IMG/VR virus record: IMGVR_UViG_3300035698_007208
Coordinates: 33,927-97,926 of that record
Direction: 5' to 3' (one strand)
DNA: 64,000 nt
From: a virus
Shown: one piece after another, positions 10,907-20,383 of the stretch
How the letters are laid out: each line of letters begins with the position of its first letter
Position numbering within the stretch: position 1 is the first letter of the stretch
The notes under the pieces: model-generated
Told to the model about the DNA's origin: nothing
Databases searched by the model: none
Seen by the model: the letters and a program-made list of their open reading frames with translations, nothing else
Made by a program: the position numbers and the translations under genes

Positions 10907-12751
10907 ATGGCATATTCAGTAACAACCACAGATGGATTAACACCCATAACAGTAGCGGATACTACTGTAGACAGTAGCCAATTATCGTTAGCGTTAATTG
11001 GAAGAAATGCAACAAACTACGGTGAACCACTTGTCCGAAACTTTGTTCATCATTTAGAAAACTTTTCAAATAGTACACCACCAACCCCCAGCACTGTATT
11101 ACAGGGACAACTTTGGTGGAATAAAACAGAAAAAACATTGCGTGTTTACGATGGCACAGTATGGAAACGAAACACTGCAATTCCAGTATCAGCATCTGAA
11201 CTAACTGATAGCTTAGTGGGTGGTACTGGTTATTTTAATAGTGTTACGCAAGAATTAAAAATGTACAATGGTACTGAATTTAAAAACGCACTTGTACCGG
11301 GCGGCACAGTTACAGCAGAATATGCTGGCAATGTTACAGCCTCAGGCAATGCTAGTAACTATGGCGCAAAGGTAGAAACTTTGTTTTTGACCTCGTCAGG
11401 TCCTTCACCAGCAATTAAACCAGTATTGGTAATGAAATACGTAAGTGATGGAACCGCAGGTGGAGCAGGAATTGGGTCACCAGACGTAAATCATGAAAGT
11501 GCTAACACAACCATTATGGCTATTTTTAGCTCACATGATACCTTTAGTGTAGATGTATCAAGTGATTTTTATGACGAATTAAGTAACGTAAATAGTTTTG
11601 GAGCATCAATTACACAAGGCTTTACATTGCGAAATGACTACACTGATTCGGTTGTAGCACAAGCATCGCTTGCCAACGTAGCAAATGTGGCAAATGCTAT
11701 TGATACAGGTGTTATTGTAGACGGAGAAGATATTATTCATGTTAGTAGAGGATATGTTCCTACATCTGACAGTACATTCAATCTTGGCAGTACAACATTT
11801 CGATTTGGTGAAGGCCACTTTGATACATTATTTTTAGGCGGCAATGTTGCAGGTAATACACCATTAGCGATAGTTGGTAATGTTGACATTGGTAGTAACG
11901 TGTCAAGAGTTAATGCATTGTATGCTAAAGATTTAGATGTTTCAGGCAACGTAGTATTCGGCGCTGGCGTACAAAATATTGGTTCAAATGCAGCACCATT
12001 AGAAAACTTTTTTGTTGCAAATGTGAAAATGACAACTGGTAGTATTGCAACAACACCTAGTGCAAACATAGATATAGCAAATAAATTATATGTAGATAAC
12101 CAAGTATCAGGTGTTTCATCTGGATTTGTTGATAAGGTTTCAGCAGAAAGTATTGGCGGAGCAAAAACATTCACAAGTGCAGTTGCAGCACCAACATTTT
12201 CTGGTGTTGCCACCCAAATCCAAACATCACAGCGAGCAGTTGCGGCAACACACTATTTAACATTTGTTGCAACTGACAACTCAACAGCTTCAGGCGAAAC
12301 ACTGTATACTGATTCAGGTGTTTCTTATAATCCATCAACTAACGTGCTGTCAACAACTGCCACTGAAGCAAAATATGCTGACGTTGCAGAAATATACAGT
12401 TCGGACGAACTTTATGAACCAGGAACCGTAGTCAAGTTAGGTGGAGAAGCAGAAGTAACAGTTACAACTTCACGGTATGACACTGCTGTGTTTGGTGTGG
12501 TATCAACAGCCCCTGCATATTTAATGAATAAAGATGCTACTGGCTTGCCAATTGCATTAGTTGGAAGAGTGCCAGTTAAAGTAACAGGCACAGTTAATAA
12601 AGGGGACAGAATAATATCCTCCAATATACCTGGAATTGCAGAATCAATTGGAATCGATGGGTATGACGCCCGAGGTATTATAGGCCGGGCATTGCAAGAT
12701 AAACATACAGATGATCTTGCATTAATTGAAGTAGTAATAGGAGTTAAATAA
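10907..12751 (+). CDS. Tail fibre-type protein with C-terminal peptidase-G2-like intramolecular chaperone domain
   Basis: N-terminal GRN..YGE..NFVHHLENF...GQLWW module; ANKLYVD fibre motif; C-terminal YADVAE..PGTVV..GVVSTAPAYLMN..IALVGRVPVKV; SD GAGGA. Confidence 0.75.
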   Translation: MAYSVTTTDGLTPITVADTTVDSSQLSLALIGRNATNYGEPLVRNFVHHLENFSNSTPPTPSTVLQGQLWWNKTEKTLRVYDGTVWKRNTAIPVSASELTDSLVGGTGYFNSVTQELKMYNGTEFKNALVPGGTVTAEYAGNVTASGNASNYGAKVETLFLTSSGPSPAIKPVLVMKYVSDGTAGGAGIGSPDVNHESANTTIMAIFSSHDTFSVDVSSDFYDELSNVNSFGASITQGFTLRNDYTDSVVAQASLANVANVANAIDTGVIVDGEDIIHVSRGYVPTSDSTFNLGSTTFRFGEGHFDTLFLGGNVAGNTPLAIVGNVDIGSNVSRVNALYAKDLDVSGNVVFGAGVQNIGSNAAPLENFFVANVKMTTGSIATTPSANIDIANKLYVDNQVSGVSSGFVDKVSAESIGGAKTFTSAVAAPTFSGVATQIQTSQRAVAATHYLTFVATDNSTASGETLYTDSGVSYNPSTNVLSTTATEAKYADVAEIYSSDELYEPGTVVKLGGEAEVTVTTSRYDTAVFGVVSTAPAYLMNKDATGLPIALVGRVPVKVTGTVNKGDRIISSNIPGIAESIGIDGYDARGIIGRALQDKHTDDLALIEVVIGVK

Positions 12752-13095
12752 TGAACAATAACGATAAAATGCGCCAGCTAATTAAATTGATAGAATCTGC
12801 AGAAGACCAAGCAATAACATCTCACATTACAACAAAGCGTGGTGAAGAAATTGAGGTTGTTGTAAGTTTTAGGTCATATCCTGGCCGCCCTTCAACGCAA
12901 TTTGAACCAGAAGAATATGCAGAAACTGAAATTACATCAGTTAAGTTAAATGGGCAAGATATACATGGTGACCTTAAGGACCACACAATAGCGCGGTTTA
13001 ACGACGAAATTGAATCTTGGATGGCCGAGCAAGACCCAGATGATGGCTATGGTGACTATATGTATGATATGAAAAAAGACAATCGAGAGGACTAG
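12751..13095 (+). CDS. Acidic hypothetical protein, possibly head-packaged
   Basis: TAATG coupling; N-terminal MRQLIKLIE motif. Confidence 0.6.
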   Translation: MNNNDKMRQLIKLIESAEDQAITSHITTKRGEEIEVVVSFRSYPGRPSTQFEPEEYAETEITSVKLNGQDIHGDLKDHTIARFNDEIESWMAEQDPDDGYGDYMYDMKKDNRED

Positions 13096-13098
13096 AAA

Positions 13099-14073
13099 AT
13101 GGCAACTGGTGCTGATATATTAGTTACTGGCGGGACTTCCATGAAAAATGTAGTGGCGGTTACAGATTCAATAGAAGCTATTGATTTTAATAAACCAAAT
13201 CAAAATATGGGATCACTGTTAGGTTCTCCACCAGATCTTGAACTTGGTACTTTTATAGAATCGCTTACTTTTGGTTACGGACAAGGTGGATCAGGTGTTG
13301 CAAACGCAGTAATCGGCGCAAATATATTAGGTACTGGTGCGGCTGGTGCATTTAAGGATTTACAGGATGACATACAATCGCTTTGTGCATTTACTGGACA
13401 GCCATTGCGTACCGGCGTTGGTACTGATGTAACAACTAGCGACAAGATTACAGCATCAACATGGAACAACTTAATGTTAAATGTTAAAGATTGCTGGGAT
13501 AATAGGTTTATCCCAGCAAGTAGGACAGCATCAACAGATGCTATAGTAACTAGAACCACGTCATGGACAAATACACTAACACAAATTACAACATGGACAT
13601 TTTCAACAGAAGAAGATTGTCGTTCATTTTTTAATGGAGGTGGCGGATTAGGGGTAAGTGCCTCCCGTACAGGTGGGTCCTCTTCTACGCAAAATACATC
13701 ATTGTCTACTAGATTAACTGCATTGAGTGATGTGTTTTTGTACCACAATACTACTATTTCCGGCGCTGGTACTAATGCTAATATAGGATTTTATGAGTTG
13801 ACTACATCAAATCAACAATTAGTCCAATATTTTGGTGCAGCATCGCCATATACCAGCGATCAAGTTCGGGTTTTAGCGAAAATAGACAATATTACTAATC
13901 CTAAAGTAGTAACAATTACTATGGAGTTAACAGACGGCAGTGACAGCTTAGTGGATGCTGCACCAGATGGCACACTTAGTATAAATGCAAGAAGGAACCA
14001 GCCAGATGCTAATGGTTCAGGTTTTTCTTTTGCAACGGCATCGTTTACTGCAAATCCAATAACCGGATCTTAA
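13099..14073 (+). CDS. Putative tail/virion structural protein
   Basis: Thr/Gly/Ser-rich; GYGQ, ITASTWNNL and RSFFNGGG motifs; last gene before a terminator. Confidence 0.6.
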   Translation: MATGADILVTGGTSMKNVVAVTDSIEAIDFNKPNQNMGSLLGSPPDLELGTFIESLTFGYGQGGSGVANAVIGANILGTGAAGAFKDLQDDIQSLCAFTGQPLRTGVGTDVTTSDKITASTWNNLMLNVKDCWDNRFIPASRTASTDAIVTRTTSWTNTLTQITTWTFSTEEDCRSFFNGGGGLGVSASRTGGSSSTQNTSLSTRLTALSDVFLYHNTTISGAGTNANIGFYELTTSNQQLVQYFGAASPYTSDQVRVLAKIDNITNPKVVTITMELTDGSDSLVDAAPDGTLSINARRNQPDANGSGFSFATASFTANPITGS

Positions 14074-14087
14074 CAGTTTACTGAACG

Positions 14088-14118
14088 AGCCAGTAATCCA
14101 CGTTACTGGCTTTTTTTT
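14088..14118 (+). terminator. Rho-independent terminator
   Basis: AGCCAGTAA-TCCACG-TTACTGGCT followed by a T run. Confidence 0.9.
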
Positions 14119-14122
14119 GACT

Positions 14123-14128
14123 TAAATA
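14123..14128 (+). promoter_or_regulatory. Putative late promoter TAAATA
   Basis: Directly after the terminator, 5 nt before ATG 14134, no SD. Confidence 0.55.
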
Positions 14129-14133
14129 GTAGT

Positions 14134-14490
14134 ATGAGCACAAAATTAACTAAAGCATTACAATTTTCAAACACATTAATGACGATTAATAATCATAAGG
14201 CTATTTTGTTAGCTAAAACCGAAGCAATGCTAAGTTACAGCGTAAATGGTGGCACGTTTACTGTTAACCGCGAACTATTGGGCTTTTTACATTCGTGTAT
14301 GGAGTTAAATCAGCTGGTGTTGCTTGATGATAACAAAAATCCAATTCTAATTACAGATATTCCTGAGTTTTACGATGAAGTAAAAAGTAGATACTTTGAA
14401 GTAGTGAATGATTATCACGCCGAATATGAAAAATTACGCAAGCAGCGAAAAATACACACGGTATTAGATTTAAACAAAGATGGCGGGTAA
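14134..14490 (+). CDS. Hypothetical protein heading the glycosyltransferase operon
   Basis: 118-aa ORF, NGGTFTV..LLDDNKNPI. Confidence 0.7.
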   Translation: MSTKLTKALQFSNTLMTINNHKAILLAKTEAMLSYSVNGGTFTVNRELLGFLHSCMELNQLVLLDDNKNPILITDIPEFYDEVKSRYFEVVNDYHAEYEKLRKQRKIHTVLDLNKDGG

Positions 14491-15412
14491 CATGCCAGAC
14501 CAAGCTGCTGCAATTTTAGGAAGCAAAACACCCACACGAGGCGTAATGATGTTTGCGCACAACAACACGGAGATTGACTACTTTAAACTCGCAGTAGTTA
14601 ACGCGTTACTCGTAAAAAAACACATGGGTATTAATAACATTACTTTAGTAACTGATTCCTTTAGTTTAGCATACGCCGAACAAACATTAGGCAAAGACTT
14701 AATAAAAGCTGCAATTAATAATATTGTGGTTTCTGACAAGACGAGTGTATTTCAGTCAAAAAATATACGAACATATAAAGATACAGTGCATCATACTAAA
14801 AGTTTACCCTTCCATAATTTTAACAGATGTGATGCGTATGACATATCGCCATACGATGAAACAATTCTGATAGATGCAGATTATTTAATCCTAAGTGACA
14901 CGCTAAATCAATGCTGGGGCCATAATAATGAACTAATGATGAATTGGAAATGGCAAGACGTAATGCATGAACGAAAATACACAGGATTGGATCGCTTGCA
15001 TGATATAGGAATTACAATGTATTGGGCAACGGTTGTTTATTTTCGCAAAACAGCACACAATGAGTCATTCTTTAATTGTGTGCAGCATGTACGAAGCAAC
15101 ACTAAATTTTATAAAGAATTATACCAATGGGATGGTAAGTTATATCGTAACGATTACAGTTTTTCAATTGCAGCACATATGATGTCAGGATTTATAGACA
15201 AGGGAATCCCACAACTGCCAACAACCTTATATAAAACATTTGATACTGACGATGTTCATTCTGTTGACAATACTAACAGTCTTGTGTTATACTTAGAAAA
15301 GCCTAATAGTTCTGGAGATTTTATATTGGCACGATGGACCGGTATAGATTTGCATGTAATGAATAAATGGGCGTTTAATCGCATAAGTGACCAATTATTG
15401 GAAGAGTTATGA
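14480..15412 (+). CDS. GT-A fold glycosyltransferase (GT8/mannosyltransferase-like)
   Basis: SPYDETILIDAD DxD motif, RND..FSIA; paralogue of 16611. Confidence 0.7.
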   Translation: MAGNMPDQAAAILGSKTPTRGVMMFAHNNTEIDYFKLAVVNALLVKKHMGINNITLVTDSFSLAYAEQTLGKDLIKAAINNIVVSDKTSVFQSKNIRTYKDTVHHTKSLPFHNFNRCDAYDISPYDETILIDADYLILSDTLNQCWGHNNELMMNWKWQDVMHERKYTGLDRLHDIGITMYWATVVYFRKTAHNESFFNCVQHVRSNTKFYKELYQWDGKLYRNDYSFSIAAHMMSGFIDKGIPQLPTTLYKTFDTDDVHSVDNTNSLVLYLEKPNSSGDFILARWTGIDLHVMNKWAFNRISDQLLEEL

Positions 15413-15639
15413 ATAAAACAGAATACACTATTGTAGATACTGCTGACCCCCTTAACAAACTGAAAGTTGTATTTGTTCACCGAACTTGCAAATGTATGAG
15501 CCAAGGGTGTGTAGATGATGAACTACAAATTTGGGAAGAGGGTGACGAATATCCCTATAGGCTGCAATTGCCCCAATTAATGACGCCTATTATTGAGGGT
15601 TTATTAAATAAAGAATACAAATTGGAAGAATTGAAATGA
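15409..15639 (+). CDS. Hypothetical protein
   Basis: ATGA-coupled ORF. Confidence 0.55.
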   Translation: MNKTEYTIVDTADPLNKLKVVFVHRTCKCMSQGCVDDELQIWEEGDEYPYRLQLPQLMTPIIEGLLNKEYKLEELK

Positions 15640-15947
15640 TAGTGTCATGGCAAAAGAAAGCATTAGAAAAACGATGGAATAGCCTGACGCAACTTAAAGA
15701 TTATATAATAACGAACAAATTAGAAAAGATCTTAAGGTTTACCGGATCTCAATTAGAAACAGACAAGGCGTATTATGGATTATACGCTGGAGAAATAAGT
15801 GTTACACTTAAGGATAAAACCAAACCTCGTAAAATAAAAACATCACCAATTTTAGCTACTGCAACAGCAAAGGCAAGTACGCCAAAAACTGGGAAAGTAG
15901 TTAAAAAAGTAGTTAAAAAAGTAATAGATAAGAAGAAAAAGAAATGA
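15636..15947 (+). CDS. Basic hypothetical protein with Lys-rich tail
   Basis: ATGA-coupled; C-terminal KVVKKVVKKVIDKKKKK. Confidence 0.6.
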   Translation: MIVSWQKKALEKRWNSLTQLKDYIITNKLEKILRFTGSQLETDKAYYGLYAGEISVTLKDKTKPRKIKTSPILATATAKASTPKTGKVVKKVVKKVIDKKKKK

Positions 15948-16207
15948 TAGAAATAATAGATTGGTTATCCCAAACTGTGATTATATTTACTGGTATTGGC
16001 TCAATATACTTAGTATCGTCACAACACGCAAAAACAAGAATGTATGCTGGTATTATTGGGCTTATTGGTGAGCCTTTTTGGTTAACTACTGCATTAATAA
16101 ACGGGCAATGGGGACTTGTTATATTAGTAGTCGCCTACGGTATTAACTGGAGTAGAGTATTTTGGAAAAACTATAAAGCTTATAAATTAGAGGAAACAAA
16201 TGAGTAA
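15944..16207 (+). CDS. Small membrane protein (about 3 TM)
   Basis: Three hydrophobic stretches. Confidence 0.65.
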   Translation: MIEIIDWLSQTVIIFTGIGSIYLVSSQHAKTRMYAGIIGLIGEPFWLTTALINGQWGLVILVVAYGINWSRVFWKNYKAYKLEETNE

Positions 16208-16586
16208 TTTCGACAAAGTAAAAGAATTTCACGAAACATATAACTGTTTAATTAATGACACCCCGCAATTTCCTAACGCAACTGTAGTACAAGCACGTAC
16301 TGATTTTATCGAAGAGGAAGTACAGGAACTTAAAGACGCAATAGCAGAAAACGACATTGTTGAGGTAGGTGACGCATTAACTGATATATTGTATTTTGTA
16401 TATGGTGCCGCACTTTGTTACGGTATTGACATAGACGCATGTTTCGCAGAAGTGCATCGGTCAAACATGAGTAAACTGGGTGCTGATGGGTTGCCTATAT
16501 ATAGGGAAGATGGTAAGGTGCTAAAAGGACCAGACTACTTTAAACCAGACTTAACTAAAATTATTAGTGGAAAATTGAGTGACTAA
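16200..16586 (+). CDS. MazG-like nucleoside triphosphate pyrophosphohydrolase
   Basis: VKEFH, EEVQEL..D.L.D, EVHRSNMSK, REDGKVLKGPDYF motifs; SD GAGG. Confidence 0.85.
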   Translation: MSNFDKVKEFHETYNCLINDTPQFPNATVVQARTDFIEEEVQELKDAIAENDIVEVGDALTDILYFVYGAALCYGIDIDACFAEVHRSNMSKLGADGLPIYREDGKVLKGPDYFKPDLTKIISGKLSD

Positions 16587-16610
16587 AATAGTATTTGCGC
16601 GGCACAGATA

Positions 16611-17495
16611 ATGTCAAGAGGGTATATTTGCATAGCTCAAAATAATTCAACAACTGACTATCTTAGGCAGGCATACGCCCTTGCGTTGAATTTAAAGTTA
16701 ACACAAAGTGGTGTCAGTAACTTAACTGTATGTGTAGATGCTGATACTAAGAAGTTAATTAAGCCAAAACACAGAAAGGTATTTGATAAGGTTGTAGATA
16801 TTCCGTGGAACGATGATGCAAAGGACGCAGAGTGGAAAGTTAACAATAAATGGAAATTTTATCACATGACTCCGTATGACGAAACTGTCATACTAGACAC
16901 TGATATGATATTTCCGACAGATGTAAGCTATTGGTGGGATATTCTGTCAGAGCGCGATGTTTGGTCTACTACTAATGTAAAAACGTATAGAGGCGAGGAC
17001 GTTGGCGCTGATAGGCATTATAGGAAGTACTTTTTAGCAAATAATTTACCAAACGTATATACTGCATTCTTTTATTTTAAAAAATCAGAACTAGCAAGTG
17101 AATTATTTGCTATGATTGAAATCGTATTCCAGCATTGGCAACGCATGTACCACAAATACATGCCTAAAGGCAAACCTGATCGGCTAAGTGGTGATGTATC
17201 GTATGCGTTAGCTATGCAATTACTAGACATAACACATTTATGTACAAAACACAATGTCAAGCATGTTCCTACCTTTGCGCACATGAAGAGCAATGTACAA
17301 CACATACCGTCAAGTAAAATTAGTGATAAGTGGTCAGAAACATTACCTACATATTATAATACTTGTCGGGATTTTAAAATTGGTAACTTTTCACAAATTT
17401 ATCCGTTCCATTATGTGGAAAAAGATTGGATAACTCCTGAAATGATAGAACAAATGGAGAAGGAATATGATTTCACCAAAAGCACTAGCCCGTAA
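16611..17495 (+). CDS. GT-A fold glycosyltransferase
   Basis: TPYDETVILDTD DxD motif, FAHMK, PFHY; paralogue of 14480. Confidence 0.7.
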   Translation: MSRGYICIAQNNSTTDYLRQAYALALNLKLTQSGVSNLTVCVDADTKKLIKPKHRKVFDKVVDIPWNDDAKDAEWKVNNKWKFYHMTPYDETVILDTDMIFPTDVSYWWDILSERDVWSTTNVKTYRGEDVGADRHYRKYFLANNLPNVYTAFFYFKKSELASELFAMIEIVFQHWQRMYHKYMPKGKPDRLSGDVSYALAMQLLDITHLCTKHNVKHVPTFAHMKSNVQHIPSSKISDKWSETLPTYYNTCRDFKIGNFSQIYPFHYVEKDWITPEMIEQMEKEYDFTKSTSP

Positions 17496-18126
17496 AAAGT
17501 TATTTCTTAAAGAAAAAGAAAAGCATGGCGGAATTGAAGGTATTCAAAAGCACATTAATGAAACAAAATGCAATATGTGGTTTAACGACGACGGTGACAT
17601 TATGTCAATTAGTAAAATAGAAAATAAAAAACTCTCTAAAAAATACAAGCACACTATTTTAACAACGTCACAATTAAGATTACTTAAAGATAAAAGCTGG
17701 TCATTGTTTAGGGTAAGATTAGATCCTAAATCAGATTTAATATGTCATCTTGAGCAACGGCCAATAGCTGCAAATGTCGTTACCAGTAGCAATCAATACT
17801 TAACCTTGGTTACTTATAAACGTAAAAACGATAAACTTTATGATATTAAAGTTGAGATCACCCAGAATAACTTTATAATAACAGGGCACACTAGTTTAAT
17901 TTCAAAATATGACAGTATAGAACAAACTAACTGTACAGCAAACGGAAAAAAAGATTTAATATTCCACTTAACATCAATAAATAATCCAAGTTTTCTATTG
18001 CAAACTATTACAATTCCTCTTGTGGAATTAATAAGCAATAAGCAAGTATCTAGAAAAATGGAAACAGATATGACTCAGTGCAGTGTGTACACCATACCTG
18101 TAGTTGATAAATATATTCGAAAATAA
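17467..18126 (+). CDS. Hypothetical protein
   Basis: 219-aa ORF with SD GGAG/AAGGA. Confidence 0.65.
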   Translation: MISPKALARKKLFLKEKEKHGGIEGIQKHINETKCNMWFNDDGDIMSISKIENKKLSKKYKHTILTTSQLRLLKDKSWSLFRVRLDPKSDLICHLEQRPIAANVVTSSNQYLTLVTYKRKNDKLYDIKVEITQNNFIITGHTSLISKYDSIEQTNCTANGKKDLIFHLTSINNPSFLLQTITIPLVELISNKQVSRKMETDMTQCSVYTIPVVDKYIRK

Positions 18127-18138
18127 TAGAGAAAAAGC

Positions 18139-19113
18139 ATGGCAGAAATAGACGTAACAGAATTAGACATATTTTATATAAGTTATGATGAACCAAACGC
18201 TGAAGAAAATTGGGCAGACCTGTTGAATAAGGTTCCTTGGGCAAAACGGGTGCATGGCATTAAAGGATTTGACGCAGCACATAAGGAATGCGCAAATCAA
18301 AGTGAAACAGATCGATTTATTACTGTAGATGGCGACAATAAGGTAATGGAAGACTTTTTTGAACAAGTGCTTGATGTTCCAGATACTGATCATGATGGTA
18401 ACTCGTTAGACGAAAGTATATTCTCATGGAATGCAAAAAACTTACTTAATGGATTAGTGTATGGTAACGGTGGAATTAAATGTTGGCCCACGAACTATGC
18501 TAAAAATATGAAAACTCATGAAGCAGCAGATGATGGCGAAGGCATGGAGTTTTGTTGGAAGCTTAACTATATTCAATTAAATGACACTTTTTCTGAAATA
18601 CACCAAACATCAACACCCTTTCAAGCATTTAGATCAGGATTTAGAGAAGGTGTAAAGATGAGTCTCGCACAAGGCCTACACGTTGAGCCAGCAGACTTTA
18701 AAAATAAAATTTGGTGGCAAAATTTTAATAGGTTACAGGTATGGTGTAATATTGGAAACGATATACAAAATGGAATATGGGCAATGTATGGTGCAAGACT
18801 TGGCTGTAAAATGACCGTACTAGATAAGTTTGATACTAACTTGATTAGCGATTATGAATGGTTTAATCAGTTTTTTGATAACTTAAGCAAGACAGTCAAA
18901 ACACATGACGGTAAGTGGCAATCAGATGAGCCTGATCTAACAACACAGCATTTAGGAGAACTTTTAAATGAAGAAATACCTGGTATGGTATTAACGCAAC
19001 CAAATAAAAAAGTAAGCGAATTTTTTAAGCTTACGTACACTAATCCGCCCCGCTGGGGAGTAATGATTCGTGAAAAACAAATACAGGCGCTATTGGAAGC
19101 ACAGGCAAAATAA
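18139..19113 (+). CDS. Putative GT-A glycosyltransferase
   Basis: FYISYDEP, RVHGIKG.DAAH, ITVDGD (DxD), NGLVYGNGGIK, AFRSGFRE; homologous to the C-terminal domain of 34614. Confidence 0.7.
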   Translation: MAEIDVTELDIFYISYDEPNAEENWADLLNKVPWAKRVHGIKGFDAAHKECANQSETDRFITVDGDNKVMEDFFEQVLDVPDTDHDGNSLDESIFSWNAKNLLNGLVYGNGGIKCWPTNYAKNMKTHEAADDGEGMEFCWKLNYIQLNDTFSEIHQTSTPFQAFRSGFREGVKMSLAQGLHVEPADFKNKIWWQNFNRLQVWCNIGNDIQNGIWAMYGARLGCKMTVLDKFDTNLISDYEWFNQFFDNLSKTVKTHDGKWQSDEPDLTTQHLGELLNEEIPGMVLTQPNKKVSEFFKLTYTNPPRWGVMIREKQIQALLEAQAK

Positions 19114-19128
19114 GACAATCATTACTCC

Positions 19129-19156
19129 TTGACAAATTGCAATTATGTGCTACACT
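19129..19156 (+). promoter_or_regulatory. Sigma70-type promoter
   Basis: TTGACA-16-TACACT with extended -10 TG. Confidence 0.7.
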
Positions 19157-19181
19157 TTGTTAAACAAATAGGAGCTAAATT

Positions 19182-19367
19182 ATGGATCTTGAGTCAATGA
19201 CATTGCAGGAATTAGTACTTTATATGTCGAGACATCATAGAGGTATTTCTAATAACTGTTTTGAGGATGAAATCTACCCAATACTATTTTCCAAAGTAGG
19301 ACTGCCATCTTATCTCGATGACGATGACTATGATGATGACGATGACTATGATGATCCTACAAAATAA
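19182..19367 (+). CDS. Hypothetical protein with acidic repeat tail
   Basis: SD GGAG; DDDDYDDDDDYDD encoded by an 18-bp duplication. Confidence 0.6.
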   Translation: MDLESMTLQELVLYMSRHHRGISNNCFEDEIYPILFSKVGLPSYLDDDDYDDDDDYDDPTK

Positions 19368-19377
19368 GGAAATAATA

Positions 19378-19704
19378 ATGAAAAATAAAGAAGAATTTTA
19401 TAAAGCAGTAACAGAAGGCATAGTAACAGTTGAATTTATGAAGACAGGTACAAAAGAGTTACGTATTATGCCTTGTACTCTTAACGAAGAAGTCAGCAAC
19501 GGTAACGTTAAAGACGCATTTGACACTATCCCTGAAGCTGACCATATGTCAGTATGGTGTACTGACAAGGAAGGATGGAGAAGTTTTCGATTTGACACAG
19601 TCATAAATTGGTACATTGGTAATCCTGAAGATAGATTAATGTCCCCATGGACAATTTCCATTACTAGTGTTAATCCCATCGCAGATGACAGTAGCAATGA
19701 GTAA
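19378..19704 (+). CDS. WYL-like/SH3-fold protein (DUF2693-like)
   Basis: VTVEF.K....R.M.CTL ... W..DKEGWRSFRFD; start moved to ATG 19378 behind SD AAGGA. Confidence 0.7.
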   Translation: MKNKEEFYKAVTEGIVTVEFMKTGTKELRIMPCTLNEEVSNGNVKDAFDTIPEADHMSVWCTDKEGWRSFRFDTVINWYIGNPEDRLMSPWTISITSVNPIADDSSNE

Positions 19705-20089
19705 GTATTTTTATACAGTTAATGGAGAAGAGTATCCAGATGAAGAACGGATTCTTGCTTTTCTGTTAATAAAGGAACTAATATTTTGCAATACTGGTTA
19801 TGGGTGGGATGATACCGATCATAAAGAGCCCAGTACAATACTCTATGTTAACTGTAGTGATTTGTTTATGTGGGGATGTGCTGATGCTGAAGCATTACCA
19901 ACTTCGGAAATTGGTAAGTTGTACAAATATATAGAAGCAGATAATAAATGGGGATTAGAAAAATGGACATGCAAGCAAAGGAATATGCAACCTCAGACTC
20001 TCATTATTGATGAAATGAAAAAACAAGGCTACTGGACTGCTGAACTCGAATTATTCGATCTGAATCCAGACCACAATGATTACAAGTAG
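19697..20089 (+). CDS. Hypothetical protein
   Basis: VNCSDLFMWGCADAE...RNMQPQ motif; start placed at ATG 19697. Confidence 0.6.
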   Translation: MSKYFYTVNGEEYPDEERILAFLLIKELIFCNTGYGWDDTDHKEPSTILYVNCSDLFMWGCADAEALPTSEIGKLYKYIEADNKWGLEKWTCKQRNMQPQTLIIDEMKKQGYWTAELELFDLNPDHNDYK

Positions 20090-20098
20090 GGCAGTATT

Positions 20099-20320
20099 AT
20101 GGAATGGTTAGTGTATGGCGCATCGTTATTTTTGTTAATGTTTGGTGGTTTTATATTCTCAAGACCGTCAGAAAAGTTTTGTTCTTATTATAATATACAT
20201 GATTATTCGGATGCAGAACTTAATAAAGATGGCAAGTGGCAAATGACTTGCAACTCACCAAACTGTAATAGTGTATTGGTTTTAGATCACTATGAGTGGA
20301 AAGAGTATACAAAGAAGTAA
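20099..20320 (+). CDS. Small membrane-anchored hypothetical protein
   Basis: N-terminal TM, Cys/His residues. Confidence 0.55.
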   Translation: MEWLVYGASLFLLMFGGFIFSRPSEKFCSYYNIHDYSDAELNKDGKWQMTCNSPNCNSVLVLDHYEWKEYTKK

Positions 20321-20383
20321 CCAAGAACTTATTAGTTTCCAAAATAGTTAAGATAAGTAGTATTAACTAATAAGGAAACAAAA

